A DNA stretch of 52,636 nt from an archaeon (GTDB taxonomy: Archaea; Methanobacteriota_B; Thermococci; Methanofastidiosales; NM3): NCBI GenBank assembly GCA_004212155.1, contig RXIG01000014.1, positions 1 through 52,636 on the forward strand, in the 5' to 3' direction. The notes under the pieces are model-generated. The model had not been told where the DNA came from. It searched no databases and saw only the letters and a list, made by a program, of their open reading frames with translations. Within the stretch, counting starts at the first letter, position 1, and each line of letters opens with the position of its first letter. The translations under genes and the position numbers were made by a program. Shown here piece by piece: positions 28,822 to 38,581 of this stretch.

Positions 28822-29398
28822 ATCCCTTGCCCACGAGGTAAATCTCCGTGCTTCTCTTCCGGGTCGATGGAGGCCTGTAGCGCTTTGTATATGAAAAGCA
28901 TTGCTTCATGTCTCTAAAAAGTTCCTCGCTCTCTTCGCTCTGGAATACTTTCGTAAGGAAGTTCCCTCCATCCCGCAAAAGGGCGCAAGCGACCTCGAGC
29001 GCCTGCATCGAAAGAATGGCCGAACGCGAACGGTCCAGGTCGATAATGCCTGTCGTCTTTGGCGCGATGTCGGATATGACACAATCGATCTTTTCGACAT
29101 GTTTTTTTATCTCTTCTATGATGTCCTCGTCGGTGATGTCTCCTTTTATGAACGTCACGTTTGGGGACGGGAGTGGGTCAATCTCCTCCAGGTCGATACC
29201 GATGACCTCTCCCTCACTACCGACAAGTTCGGCAGCCACTTGCGACCAACCTCCGGGCGCTGCACCAACGTCCACGATGGCATGGCCCTTTTTTATGATG
29301 GAAAACTTGTTGTTTATTTGCTTGAGCTTGAACGCCGATCGCGATCGGTATCCCTGCTGTTTGGCCTTTTGGTGGTAGTGGTCCTTTTTCTTATACAA
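28811..29398 (-). CDS. rlmE: 23S rRNA U2552 2'-O-methyltransferase (RlmE/FtsJ)
   Basis: GYRSRSAFKL, DVGAAPGGWSQ, VISDIAP, KVFQ, STEIYLV. Confidence 0.95.
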   Translation of the reverse strand: MYKKKDHYHQKAKQQGYRSRSAFKLKQINNKFSIIKKGHAIVDVGAAPGGWSQVAAELVGSEGEVIGIDLEEIDPLPSPNVTFIKGDITDEDIIEEIKKHVEKIDCVISDIAPKTTGIIDLDRSRSAILSMQALEVACALLRDGGNFLTKVFQSEESEELFRDMKQCFSYTKRYRPPSTRKRSTEIYLVGKGFNR

Positions 29399-29453
29399 TG
29401 TATCACGTTCTTTCCATGGTTAGTTATTTATTCACACGATGCGATTCAGGTGC

Positions 29454-30017
29454 ATGCGCCTCAAGTCTGAAACGCGCATTGTAGGTATAGACGACGCATC
29501 CTTTGATAAATGTGACGATACCGTGCTCATCATCGGATCCATCTTTCGTGGCGGATTTTGGATGGACGGCATGCTTTCAACATACGTTACCGTCGACGGG
29601 CTCGATGCTACCGATAAGATCAGCGACATGATATCGGGGTGTAAGTATCAGGATCTGCGCATCATCATGCTTGCGGGCATAACGGTCGGAGGATTCAACG
29701 TCATCGACTTGCCAGAGCTCAACGAGCGCACCGGTCTGCCGGTCATCGCCGTCACGGAACGACATCCGAACTTTGAAAAGATAGAGAATGCGTTAACAAA
29801 CGTTTCAGACGTTGAAACGCGGCTTGAGATCATGAAGAAGGCAGGCAACGTGCATGCGGGCCCCAACAACGTGTTTTACCAGGTTAGTGGCATGGACGCC
29901 TATACGGCAAAACGGGTCATATACAAGACGAGCACCCGCTCCTATATACCCGAACCATTACGTGTGAGCCACATCATTGCCTCGGGTCTATCACGCGGGG
30001 AATCAGCTAAACGTTAG
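29454..30017 (+). CDS. DUF99 / endonuclease V-like protein
   Basis: IVGIDD, VDGLDAT, GGFNVID, IPEPLRVSHIIASG. Confidence 0.9.
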   Translation: MRLKSETRIVGIDDASFDKCDDTVLIIGSIFRGGFWMDGMLSTYVTVDGLDATDKISDMISGCKYQDLRIIMLAGITVGGFNVIDLPELNERTGLPVIAVTERHPNFEKIENALTNVSDVETRLEIMKKAGNVHAGPNNVFYQVSGMDAYTAKRVIYKTSTRSYIPEPLRVSHIIASGLSRGESAKR

Positions 30018-30380
30018 TTCCATCAATCAGGCATCGTACACTTATATACCGATTTTTCAAAAGATCTTCTCTTTCGCACATCGTTAGTATCGCCGCGCGA
30101 ATAAAAGCTATTGTTCCGCCCTTTGGATCAACTGGATTCTCTTTCAGTACGGGTCTGTTGGGCGCTTATTGTATGTTTTGGCATTGTGCGACATATTGTC
30201 GCGTGGGGGCCATCAGCAAGCGCTATACTGTTATTCGGCCGTGAGCGCATCGCATGCGACATCAGCATTAAAAATCCCTTTTTCTTGCAAAAGTTTATAA
30301 TACCCCTTAGCATATTCTGCATCGACCCTTGTCCTAACAACGAAAACTTTTAAAGGGCCTATGACGGTGGCGCTTCTATC

Positions 30381-30938
30381 ATGTCTGACACGAAAAAGGA
30401 AGTCAAGGAGGCCCTCAAGGGCATCCTCATGGCCATTTTGCTCTACTTCGTGATACAGGTATCACTCGTGGCGGCCACCGGCGTTGACAACCCAATCTCC
30501 GTTGTCATTTCTGGCAGCATGGATCATAGGGGATATGATTTCGACGATTGGTGGATGTACAAGGGAACTGAGTATGCCCCATACGACATCGACAAGCAAG
30601 ACTTCGCTTCGTTCCCCTACCAGAATGGATTTGCCCGTGGCGACATCCTCATCGTCAGTGATATCGATCCGAAAGAAATTGACGTCGGCGATGTGATTGT
30701 GTTTGATCGCGGAAATGACTCCATACCTATCGTTCACAGGGTAATAGACATATACCAGAACAATGGCGAACGTTACTTCCTTACAAAAGGCGATTACAAT
30801 CAGATACCAGATAACTATTATTGTGGCGGCATCCATGGTATTTGTGAAGAAGACGTGATAGGGAAAGTGACCACAGTCGTCCCCAAGGTCGGGAACATAA
30901 CGCTGTGGATACGTGGAGTATTTGGGTACAATGCATAG
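30381..30938 (+). CDS. Signal peptidase I (Sec11-type, S26)
   Basis: VVISGSM, GDILIV, GDVIVF, PIVHRV, TKGDYN..D. Confidence 0.92.
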   Translation: MSDTKKEVKEALKGILMAILLYFVIQVSLVAATGVDNPISVVISGSMDHRGYDFDDWWMYKGTEYAPYDIDKQDFASFPYQNGFARGDILIVSDIDPKEIDVGDVIVFDRGNDSIPIVHRVIDIYQNNGERYFLTKGDYNQIPDNYYCGGIHGICEEDVIGKVTTVVPKVGNITLWIRGVFGYNA

Positions 30939-31365
30939 GCACAAGCAACCATCATTGGCAGTGGATGGCCTTCTTACTGATGGCACCCACATCCTGCTCA
31001 TTCGAAGACGCAATTCACCCTACAAATCATACTGGGCGCTCCCGGGGGGATTCGTGGAATATGGGGAGACCGTTGAGAATGCGGTCATGCGAGAGATACG
31101 CGAGGAGACTGGGCTTCGCATCTTCGCTCCGATGCTCATAGGCGTTTTTTCCGACCCAGAGCGCGATCCGCGCGGACACGTCGTTTCATGCGCGTTCCTT
31201 TGCAATCACACGTTGGAGAACTATTCACCAGGAAGCGATGCGTCCGACGTGCGTGTCTTCGAGATCGACGAGCTTCCCGAAAAGCTTGCCTTCGACCATG
31301 GAAAGATTATTCAGGAGGGCAAAAGGCTTATAAAGAACTCCAGATATTTTACCACAGTAAAATAG
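30931..31365 (+). CDS. NUDIX hydrolase (ADP-ribose pyrophosphatase-like)
   Basis: WALPGGFVEYGETVENAVMREIREETG, RDPRGH, LAFDH. Confidence 0.93.
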   Translation: MHRHKQPSLAVDGLLTDGTHILLIRRRNSPYKSYWALPGGFVEYGETVENAVMREIREETGLRIFAPMLIGVFSDPERDPRGHVVSCAFLCNHTLENYSPGSDASDVRVFEIDELPEKLAFDHGKIIQEGKRLIKNSRYFTTVK

Positions 31366-31379
31366 TTGGATGTTCTATC

Positions 31380-31964
31380 ATGCTCGCCCGTTACCGTTCG
31401 ACATATCAACGTGTGTTTCTGGGCCTTGGAAGCCTTATGGCGCGGACACGAATTCCTCCAAATGGGTTCACGCTGCTCTCACTCGTTCCGGCCTTGGTAG
31501 CGGGATACCTGTACTATTCTGGAGATATAATCGGCGGGTTCGTCTTCGTGCTCGTTACCGCGCTTTTCGATGTCATCGATGGCAGTGTGGCCCGGGCGAC
31601 TGGAAGGACGAGCGTATATGGCAAGGTATTGGACCACAGCATCGACCGTTACGCCGAGTTCATCCTGATTGGCGGTATCGTCATAGGGCCGCTCGCATCG
31701 CCATTTGCCGGATTCTTCGCCATTTCGGGCATGGTCATGGCATCCTACGTACGTTCAAAGGCCGAGTCTGAAGGCGCGAAAAATGTTGACATGGGGCTCA
31801 TGGACAGGGCTGAAAAGCTTATCCTCGTCCTTCTTGGAAGCCTTATCGCGCTGTATTATGGCAATGCGCTTGAATATGTGCTTATCATCGTCGGTGCGCT
31901 CTCTCATGTGACCGTTGCGCAGCGACTCGTCTTCGCCAAGCGTCAATTGGAGGTTAACGGATGA
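31380..31964 (+). CDS. CDP-alcohol phosphatidyltransferase (archaetidylinositol phosphate synthase-like)
   Basis: DVIDGSVAR...G..LDHSIDR, SYVRSKAE, GLMDRAEK. Confidence 0.88.
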   Translation: MLARYRSTYQRVFLGLGSLMARTRIPPNGFTLLSLVPALVAGYLYYSGDIIGGFVFVLVTALFDVIDGSVARATGRTSVYGKVLDHSIDRYAEFILIGGIVIGPLASPFAGFFAISGMVMASYVRSKAESEGAKNVDMGLMDRAEKLILVLLGSLIALYYGNALEYVLIIVGALSHVTVAQRLVFAKRQLEVNG

Positions 31965-32860
31965 TAGCAGCTATAGGAAATCCAGTGTATGATCATATCG
32001 TAACACCGTATGTGACAACGGGTGGGCGCGTCCTTTCGGGCTGTTCCACCAATGCCTGCATCATAGAATCTAAGCTCGGGCTCAGGTGCGGCCTCACGGG
32101 AAGCGTCGGAGAGGACTTTCGCTCCACGTTCGAGGAGGACCTTCGTTCGTTTGGCATCGATTATGTGATACAACCGTCCCGTGAAACGGGCGGGTTCTAC
32201 CTCGAATACGATGAGAACGGGGACAGAATACTCAATCTGCTTGGCGTCGCAGACCCAATCAGGTCGTTCCCTGAAAAGTATCTCGATGCCGATGTTATCG
32301 TCGTGGGACCCATCCTCGGTGAAGTGTCGCTTGACCTTCTCAAAGAGATAAGGGATGGCTCCGACGCCATGGTGTTTCTCGATCCACAGGGCTTCGTCAG
32401 GCAGATAGAGGACCGAAAGGCCGTTCGCAGACGCCATCCACAGATGGAGGACGTTGTGGGTACCGTTGACATCGTCAAACCGAACGAGCATGAGGCAGAG
32501 ATCATGACAGGACTCGACGCCACGAGGGACACGGAGCGGATATGCGAGGTCCTGCATTCCTGGGGTGCATCGATCTCCATCGTCACGCTCGGTTCCCACG
32601 GGTCTGTCGCGTACGACGGTGAGGAGTTCGTTCGTCTCCCCGCATATGCAACGGAAGCACGCGACCCGACGGGCGCTGGCGACACGTTCATGGGAGGATT
32701 CATCTTCGAGTATCTTCGAACGGGCGACCTCCTCTCGTCCGCGCTCTTTGCCACATGCACATCATCGTTTGTCGTCGAAACAGTGGGACCGCAGTTCCCT
32801 GTGACAGAGCGCGCAGTGAGGGAACGGGTGGCCTCTCTTAGAGAATCTTTGGGCATGTGA
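31961..32860 (+). CDS. PfkB/ribokinase-family kinase (possible myo-inositol kinase)
   Basis: LDPQG, KPNEHE, VTLGSHG, DPTGAGDTF. Confidence 0.85.
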   Translation: MIAAIGNPVYDHIVTPYVTTGGRVLSGCSTNACIIESKLGLRCGLTGSVGEDFRSTFEEDLRSFGIDYVIQPSRETGGFYLEYDENGDRILNLLGVADPIRSFPEKYLDADVIVVGPILGEVSLDLLKEIRDGSDAMVFLDPQGFVRQIEDRKAVRRRHPQMEDVVGTVDIVKPNEHEAEIMTGLDATRDTERICEVLHSWGASISIVTLGSHGSVAYDGEEFVRLPAYATEARDPTGAGDTFMGGFIFEYLRTGDLLSSALFATCTSSFVVETVGPQFPVTERAVRERVASLRESLGM

Positions 32861-32992
32861 TCTCCTCATATGCATCGCGGATGTCCAAATTAAATGGATG
32901 AGCGAACATATCGACATTCGATTCATGTGCTTGGCCTCCCATCACGATAGGTTTTTATATTTTTCAACATAGTGAATGCAGGGAGGAATCAC

Positions 32993-33220
32993 ATGGTAGT
33001 AGCGTTCGTGCTTTGTGTTACCGATGCAGGCAAGGAGGGCGAGGTCGTCGATGCACTTCAGGCGTTCGACGAGGTCGAGGAGGCCTTCGTGGTGTATGGC
33101 GAATACGATGTCATAGCCAAGGTGAACGTGCCTGAGCTCAAGATGCTCGACAAGTTCATCACGGAAAAGATCCGATCCATCAAGCCCGTCCAGATGACAT
33201 CAACGATGATCTCGATTTAA
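32993..33220 (+). CDS. Lrp/AsnC ligand-binding (RAM) domain protein
   Basis: AFVL...GKE..V...VYGEYDVIAKV...KIRSI...TSTMI; GGAGG SD. Confidence 0.9.
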   Translation: MVVAFVLCVTDAGKEGEVVDALQAFDEVEEAFVVYGEYDVIAKVNVPELKMLDKFITEKIRSIKPVQMTSTMISI

Positions 33221-33283
33221 CGACCCACATCTTTTTTATACCCTCTCGTAAACTTACCCATGGTTATACATGGGGATGGTCAT

Positions 33284-34240
33284 ATGAAGAAGGTCGTTTT
33301 ATGCAGCGGTGCCGAGCACCTTTCGGAATCCTTTGCCAATGCAGGATGCGAGGTCTTCTCCTCTATGGAGAATTATGATGGAAAACGGTTTTTCATGAAC
33401 TCCGACGTTTACAGCAGGTTGCCCGTTGAGTCGCTATCGGGAGAGGACGTCGTCGTAGTTCAGAGCGCCACGCTCTCGCAGTCAAACGGTGAATGGTACA
33501 CCACGCAGGACAGGATTTACGAGCTTTTGGAGTTTCTCTCCATCCTTCACGAACCATATATCGTCACACCTGCGGGACACAAGCGTTACGACTATTCCGG
33601 CATGGATCCCGTCGGCTCCGTAGAGGTCGTCTACACCTGCATGCCGTGTGCCAAGCAGGACCATGCATGCCTCACGGGCGAGGTCAACTCCGCCAAGCTT
33701 GCCATCGACCTCACGCTTTCCCGTTCGGAGCGGGTGCATATCATCGATCCTCATCCGCCGACCACCCTTCAGTGGTTTGGGGATCTTGTGGAACAGGGCA
33801 AGGCTAACGTGCTTTCGATGACCGAACAGCTCATCACCGGGGCACTGGCAGACCTTCCCGACGCGGTGATCCTCGGTCCCGACGAGGGTGCTGCCGAGCG
33901 GCTTGGCATACAGTCGTTCTCCAAGTCGCGCATATCGTCCGTACAGTCAACGATATCGGGATCGTTTGATGTAAGGGGCGACGATGTCCTGATCGTCGAC
34001 GACATGGTGCTTTCGGGAGGCACGTTGCGCAGGACGCGCGAGAAGCTCAAGGAACTGGGAGCAAGACGTATCGGCGCGGCCATCACGCACACGATGCCAG
34101 TCTGGGGAGGCGAGGAGAATCTGCAAAAGATCGCCTCAGCCTTCGAGGGCCACGTCTATGCGGCAAACACCGTTTACACCGAAACCTTCAAGGACACGGC
34201 CTTCGATTGCACGGAAACGATCGTTTCCTCCGTGCTGTAA
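33284..34240 (+). CDS. Divergent ribose-phosphate pyrophosphokinase-like protein
   Basis: VVVVQS, AKQD, IDPH, PDEGA, IVDDMVLSGGT, TH. Confidence 0.7.
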   Translation: MKKVVLCSGAEHLSESFANAGCEVFSSMENYDGKRFFMNSDVYSRLPVESLSGEDVVVVQSATLSQSNGEWYTTQDRIYELLEFLSILHEPYIVTPAGHKRYDYSGMDPVGSVEVVYTCMPCAKQDHACLTGEVNSAKLAIDLTLSRSERVHIIDPHPPTTLQWFGDLVEQGKANVLSMTEQLITGALADLPDAVILGPDEGAAERLGIQSFSKSRISSVQSTISGSFDVRGDDVLIVDDMVLSGGTLRRTREKLKELGARRIGAAITHTMPVWGGEENLQKIASAFEGHVYAANTVYTETFKDTAFDCTETIVSSVL

Positions 34241-34323
34241 GCGCCATATTCGCCATCCCGGCGTGCAGATGTCGGTAAAATTTAAAAAGCATCCTTTGAA
34301 TTGAGCATAATACTGGTGAAAAC

Positions 34324-34668
34324 ATGAAAACGTTACTGATAACACTGGGAGTAGGCAAAGGCACATGGGGAAAGGCCAAGCGCGTTTGCAGCGAGGAATG
34401 GGACAAGATCGTCATACTCGGCAACGAATGGGCGCAGGACACGTTCAAGGCCGACTTCGCCTATGATTGGATAGTGCTTGACGAGAACAAGGATTCGTGC
34501 CAGCTTGTCGAGGATATTGCCGAACAGCTCCCCGCAGACGGAGACGTCTACATTAACCTTTCATCCGGCAGCGGAAGGGAGCACAACGCTCTCGTTGCCG
34601 CCCTTGTCACAAAAGGCGTTTCCTTCCAGGTGGCATGCCTGGGTGACGATGGGGTCAGGATCTTCTAA
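34324..34668 (+). CDS. Small Rossmann/CARF-like hypothetical protein
   Basis: LLITLGVGKGTW...DKIVIL...VYINLSSGSGREH; GGTGA SD. Confidence 0.6.
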   Translation: MKTLLITLGVGKGTWGKAKRVCSEEWDKIVILGNEWAQDTFKADFAYDWIVLDENKDSCQLVEDIAEQLPADGDVYINLSSGSGREHNALVAALVTKGVSFQVACLGDDGVRIF

Positions 34669-34690
34669 GCAATGACGAGGTGAAAACAAC

Positions 34691-34825
34691 ATGATGAAAC
34701 GATTGAAGAACAAGACACGAACACAGCTTCGACGCGAGAGGGAAGCAAAGAAGCGCAAGATGCGTGGACTGGCAACTTCTATCAAGCGAGAGAAACGCCG
34801 CAAGGCATCGATATGCAACGAGTGA
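34691..34825 (+). CDS. Small basic protein, 44 aa (not in ORF track)
   Basis: GAGGTGA SD; MMKRLKNKTRTQLRREREAKKRKMRGLATSIKREKRRKASICNE; fills the gap before trpS. Confidence 0.6.
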   Translation: MMKRLKNKTRTQLRREREAKKRKMRGLATSIKREKRRKASICNE

Positions 34826-34846
34826 GCAGGGACCTATGTGGTGTGC

Positions 34847-35965
34847 ATGACTGAGTTTAGGGTCACGCCGTGGGATGTCGAGGGCGACATCGACTACAAG
34901 AAGCTTATCGAACAGTTCGGCACGCAGCCGATCACCGACGGGCTTATCGAACGCGTGGAGACCCTTGCTGGCCATGTCCATCCACTCCTGCGCAGAAAGA
35001 TATTCTTTTCTCACAGGGACTTCGACTGGATCCTCTCCCTCTACGAGAAGGGGGAGCAGTTTGCCCTCTACACAGGCAGGGGCCCCTCCGGCCACACGCA
35101 CCTGGGCCACATCCTCCCCTGGATATTCACCAAGTACCTGCAGGATACGTTCGGATGCGAATTATGGTTTCAGCTGACCGATGACGAGAAGTTCGTCCTC
35201 TCGCCCCATCTTACCATCGACGATACGATCAGCTTCTCATACGAGAACGCCCTTGACATCATTGCCCTTGGCTTCGATCCCGAGAAGACGCATATCTTCT
35301 CCGACCTCGATTATGCCAAGACGATGTATAGGCATGCCTTGCAGGTGGCAAAGCGCGTCACGTTCTCTACCGCCAAGGCGGTGTTCGGATTCGATAACTC
35401 GACCAACATCGGATTGATATTCTTTACCTCGATGCAGTCCGTTCCCGCATTCCTGCCATCTATTATGCAGAAGAGGAAAGTGCCAGTGCTCATACCGAGC
35501 GCGATCGACCAGGACCCACACTTTCGTGTCACGCGCGACGTTGCAGAAAAGCTGGGATACTACAAACCCGCGCTCATACAGAGCATGTTCCTTCCTTCGC
35601 TGCTTGGTCCAGACTCGAAGATGTCTGCATCAAAGAGCGGGTCGGCCATCTACACCGTCGACTCACCCAAGGTTGCAAGGAAGAAGGTCATGAACGCATT
35701 CACCGGCGGGTGTCAGTCCCTCGAGGAACAGCGCGTTCAGGGTGGAAATCCCAACATCTGCACCGTCTACCAATATCTCTACATCCTCTTCGAGGAAAGC
35801 GATGCTGACCTTGCCCGCCTCAAGGAGCGCTGCCTGAGCGGCGAGGAGATGTGTGGCAACTGCAAGAAGCTGCTTGCCGCCAAGGTGTCAGAGTTCCTCA
35901 AAGACCATCAGGCAAAGCGGGAAAAGGCGCGCGATCGTATCGACGAATTCATGCTTTCCGACTAG
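34847..35965 (+). CDS. trpS: Tryptophan--tRNA ligase
   Basis: VTPWDV, YTGRGPS..HLGH, AIDQDPHFR, KMSAS. Confidence 0.96.
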   Translation: MTEFRVTPWDVEGDIDYKKLIEQFGTQPITDGLIERVETLAGHVHPLLRRKIFFSHRDFDWILSLYEKGEQFALYTGRGPSGHTHLGHILPWIFTKYLQDTFGCELWFQLTDDEKFVLSPHLTIDDTISFSYENALDIIALGFDPEKTHIFSDLDYAKTMYRHALQVAKRVTFSTAKAVFGFDNSTNIGLIFFTSMQSVPAFLPSIMQKRKVPVLIPSAIDQDPHFRVTRDVAEKLGYYKPALIQSMFLPSLLGPDSKMSASKSGSAIYTVDSPKVARKKVMNAFTGGCQSLEEQRVQGGNPNICTVYQYLYILFEESDADLARLKERCLSGEEMCGNCKKLLAAKVSEFLKDHQAKREKARDRIDEFMLSD

Positions 35966-37346
35966 ACGCCCGCTTCTTTCGTATGTAATAGATGAGCGGA
36001 TTCGTGATCTTTCGTCTCCCTACGAGCTTGTTCTTCGAAAGCGTCTGCAGCAGGGGCGCCACCTGTTTCTTGTCGAGGCCGAGCTCCTCGGCGATGGCAT
36101 CACGGGTTCGTGAGCGTTTGAGCAGCAGTGCGAGCACCTGCTCCCCCTCGGCCATCCGCTCCTTCGCAGCCGCCTTGTTGACCACCTCCTCGGCGCGTTC
36201 CCGGTCGATGACGCCCCATGTCACCTGGCTGCAAAACGCATCAGGCTCGCACAGTTGCGGGGCGTTCTCCGCGATCTTCGTGCATGACGGGGGAAGATAC
36301 CATTTCGACTTGCCGTAATCTGCCGCCGTCGGCGTCTCGGTCATGCCGAATCCGAGGTGGTAGAGGATATTGAGCTTTTCAAGCGGCTGCTCCTTGAAGA
36401 AGGGGGGGTCGCACCGATCGCCTGCTTCGATGATCTCGGGCACCACCTCGTCGAGGAGTATCTGCACGTCCTCCTGGGAGAGAGTGAACGAGCTCTCCCT
36501 GTCAAAGACCTTCGTTGACGGGATCAGCCGGGCGTATGAGAGAAATGATGTGAGCAAAAACGTGATGGCGTAGTTCCTCTGTCCCGACGAAACGCCGCCA
36601 AGCGCGATGCGAACGCACGGAGGAAAGAGCTCCTCCTCGAGGTCGCCCGATGCTGTCCGTTCGATACGCGTCTCCGTCTTGAGCAGCGCCTTGACCTTGG
36701 AAGATATCTTCTCGTAGACCGGATGGTTCACCCCTTCCATCCTCGTCGAAAGTCCGTGCACATAGTCGTAGCACCGTTTCCTGACGACCTTGCTGTATAG
36801 GTCAAAGAGCTCCCATTTCGTAAGGTAGAGATAGCCGTCGACGATGTACTGGCGCGTGATGTCCGTTACCTCGTACACATCGGTCCATACGACCGCGTAC
36901 TCCACCTCGCTGCGCCTCATCGTCTTGAGCCTGAAGAGGTCTTCGCGAGGGAGGATCGTGCCCATGCCTGGCAAATCCACCGCCTTGCTGAGAGGCCTGT
37001 CGGCCACCATGTGGTCCTTGATGTAGTATATGGGAATAAGCGTTCGCATCTCCTCCAACACGTCATCGGAGAAGTGCCATGAGAGGCGTTCCTTTAACAG
37101 GTGCTCATACGCGTTTAGCGCCGCGTACACCTCTGGTGCATGCGGGTGCTGCGCCAGGCTCTGGAGCAGCAAGAAGAGTGATATGGCGTCGTCCCGTTCA
37201 TCAAGGTCTACGTATTTGTCGTTGTTCTTCTCGTTGGATCGCGCAATTGAGAGGCGTACGAGCGACTGGTCGATGTCGTTGAGATCGATTGTCAGGAGGT
37301 CTTTTACGCGTTCCGAAAAGGGATTGACAAGCACCATCGTAATCAT
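35949..37346 (-). CDS. priL: DNA primase large subunit PriL (Thermococcales-like) with inserted winged helix
   Basis: FPPCV...RNYAITFLLTSFLSYAR, HLGFG, WYLPPSC.KI...LC.PD..C, NPLIYY; GGAGG before ATG 37346. Confidence 0.9.
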   Translation of the reverse strand: MITMVLVNPFSERVKDLLTIDLNDIDQSLVRLSIARSNEKNNDKYVDLDERDDAISLFLLLQSLAQHPHAPEVYAALNAYEHLLKERLSWHFSDDVLEEMRTLIPIYYIKDHMVADRPLSKAVDLPGMGTILPREDLFRLKTMRRSEVEYAVVWTDVYEVTDITRQYIVDGYLYLTKWELFDLYSKVVRKRCYDYVHGLSTRMEGVNHPVYEKISSKVKALLKTETRIERTASGDLEEELFPPCVRIALGGVSSGQRNYAITFLLTSFLSYARLIPSTKVFDRESSFTLSQEDVQILLDEVVPEIIEAGDRCDPPFFKEQPLEKLNILYHLGFGMTETPTAADYGKSKWYLPPSCTKIAENAPQLCEPDAFCSQVTWGVIDRERAEEVVNKAAAKERMAEGEQVLALLLKRSRTRDAIAEELGLDKKQVAPLLQTLSKNKLVGRRKITNPLIYYIRKKRASSRKA

Positions 37347-37372
37347 CTCGTATCCTCCGTTATTAATTGTTT

Positions 37373-38581
37373 CTAAATCGTGAACGAAAGCACCGGGACG
37401 AGCAGGAACGCCATGAGTGTCGTCCGATGCACACCCATCAATGGGGGGAGCATGCCAATGCTTGCAGCCACTGCGCACATCACAAGCCCGCGGTAACCAG
37501 CAAGCGCGGCGATAGCCAGCACCTGTATGGCAATGCCGGTGATCGAGAGTTTCGCATAGTCGATACGAGTGGCATACGCGAGAAGCGGCGAGGCAAGCGC
37601 ATGTAAGGTGGCGAAGGCCGCACCTGCCGCGCATACCATGGTCGCGACGAGGATGCACATATCGTGATGTGTAAGTGACCCGAGAAGCTCCTGCACCTGC
37701 ACGAGCGCCCCGTTGCGCGCCTTGTCGAACTGAAAGAGCACGAGAAGCGCAAAGAGCGCGTTGGCCGTGTTTATCGAACAGCATGTCGCAATGAACGAGC
37801 GTGCCGATCCCGCCCTCTGGCCGAAGAGCTGTGCGATGACGGCGGCCTGGCTCGCTCCAACACCAGGCAGCGTCGCAACGAGTGATCCGGCGATCGTTCC
37901 CCTCGCACACGACGACACGATGGCGTGCCTTGGCAGGAGCATGGTCGCGTCCCGGTCCTGTTCAGGGATGCGCGATGTGGTGCCGAGGCTCACGAGAAGC
38001 GTGCTTATCCCGAAGAATCCGCTGAAGATAGGAAAGAGAGGGTCGCTTCCGAACCACGGAGACCCGAACACGATGCATCCGTAGGCGCCACTCAGTGCGA
38101 ATACGGACCCAGCGCACGCCCTTGTTTTCCAGGTATGGTGCACGAACACGGTCAGCAGCGAGCACCAGACGAGCAGGAGTGGTGTCGCATACCGTATGAA
38201 CGGGTAGAGGCTTGAAAGTGCTGCCATCACGAGTGGCACGGAAGACACGATCACCACTACGGCAAACAGGCTTGCGATGCCTGACAATCGTATCGCCTCC
38301 ATCCCTCGCCCCTCCCGCATCATCCTGTGTGCCGGCAGGACGGCGAGCGCAGTCTCCGCATCGGGCACCCCGAGGAGCGTGGCAGGCAAGAAGTCGATGA
38401 ACGTATGTGTTATCGAAAGGGCGCACACGAACACTGCGGCTCCAAGCGCCGGTGCTTCGATCAACGTCGCTAGCGTTGCCGCAAGCGGCGCTGCCGTATT
38501 CACGTGAATTCCCGGGACAAGCCCGGTCGTAACACCACATACGAAGCCGAGCGCGGTAAGCATCAGCATTGTCGCATCCAC
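37373..38581 (-). CDS. Archaeal TctA-like tripartite tricarboxylate transporter permease (COG1784)
   Basis: TGLVPGIHVN, HTFIDFLP..LLGVPD, LPAHR, GFFGISTL, LPGVG. Confidence 0.88.
   Translation of the reverse strand: MDATMLMLTALGFVCGVTTGLVPGIHVNTAAPLAATLATLIEAPALGAAVFVCALSITHTFIDFLPATLLGVPDAETALAVLPAHRMMREGRGMEAIRLSGIASLFAVVVIVSSVPLVMAALSSLYPFIRYATPLLLVWCSLLTVFVHHTWKTRACAGSVFALSGAYGCIVFGSPWFGSDPLFPIFSGFFGISTLLVSLGTTSRIPEQDRDATMLLPRHAIVSSCARGTIAGSLVATLPGVGASQAAVIAQLFGQRAGSARSFIATCCSINTANALFALLVLFQFDKARNGALVQVQELLGSLTHHDMCILVATMVCAAGAAFATLHALASPLLAYATRIDYAKLSITGIAIQVLAIAALAGYRGLVMCAVAASIGMLPPLMGVHRTTLMAFLLVPVLSFTI

Noticed and set aside
30018-30380. ORFs 30111-30353 and 30128-30340, or an ncRNA (hairpin GCGACA-TAT-TGTCGC)
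   Set aside because: No SD, no recognisable motifs and only one short hairpin; left unassigned.
37347-37910. Long N-terminal extensions in the ORF track (priL from 37910, flpA from 5951, HAD from 3496, marker 8 from 50822)
   Set aside because: They overlap upstream genes or a tRNA; downstream starts with an SD or family-typical N-termini fit better.
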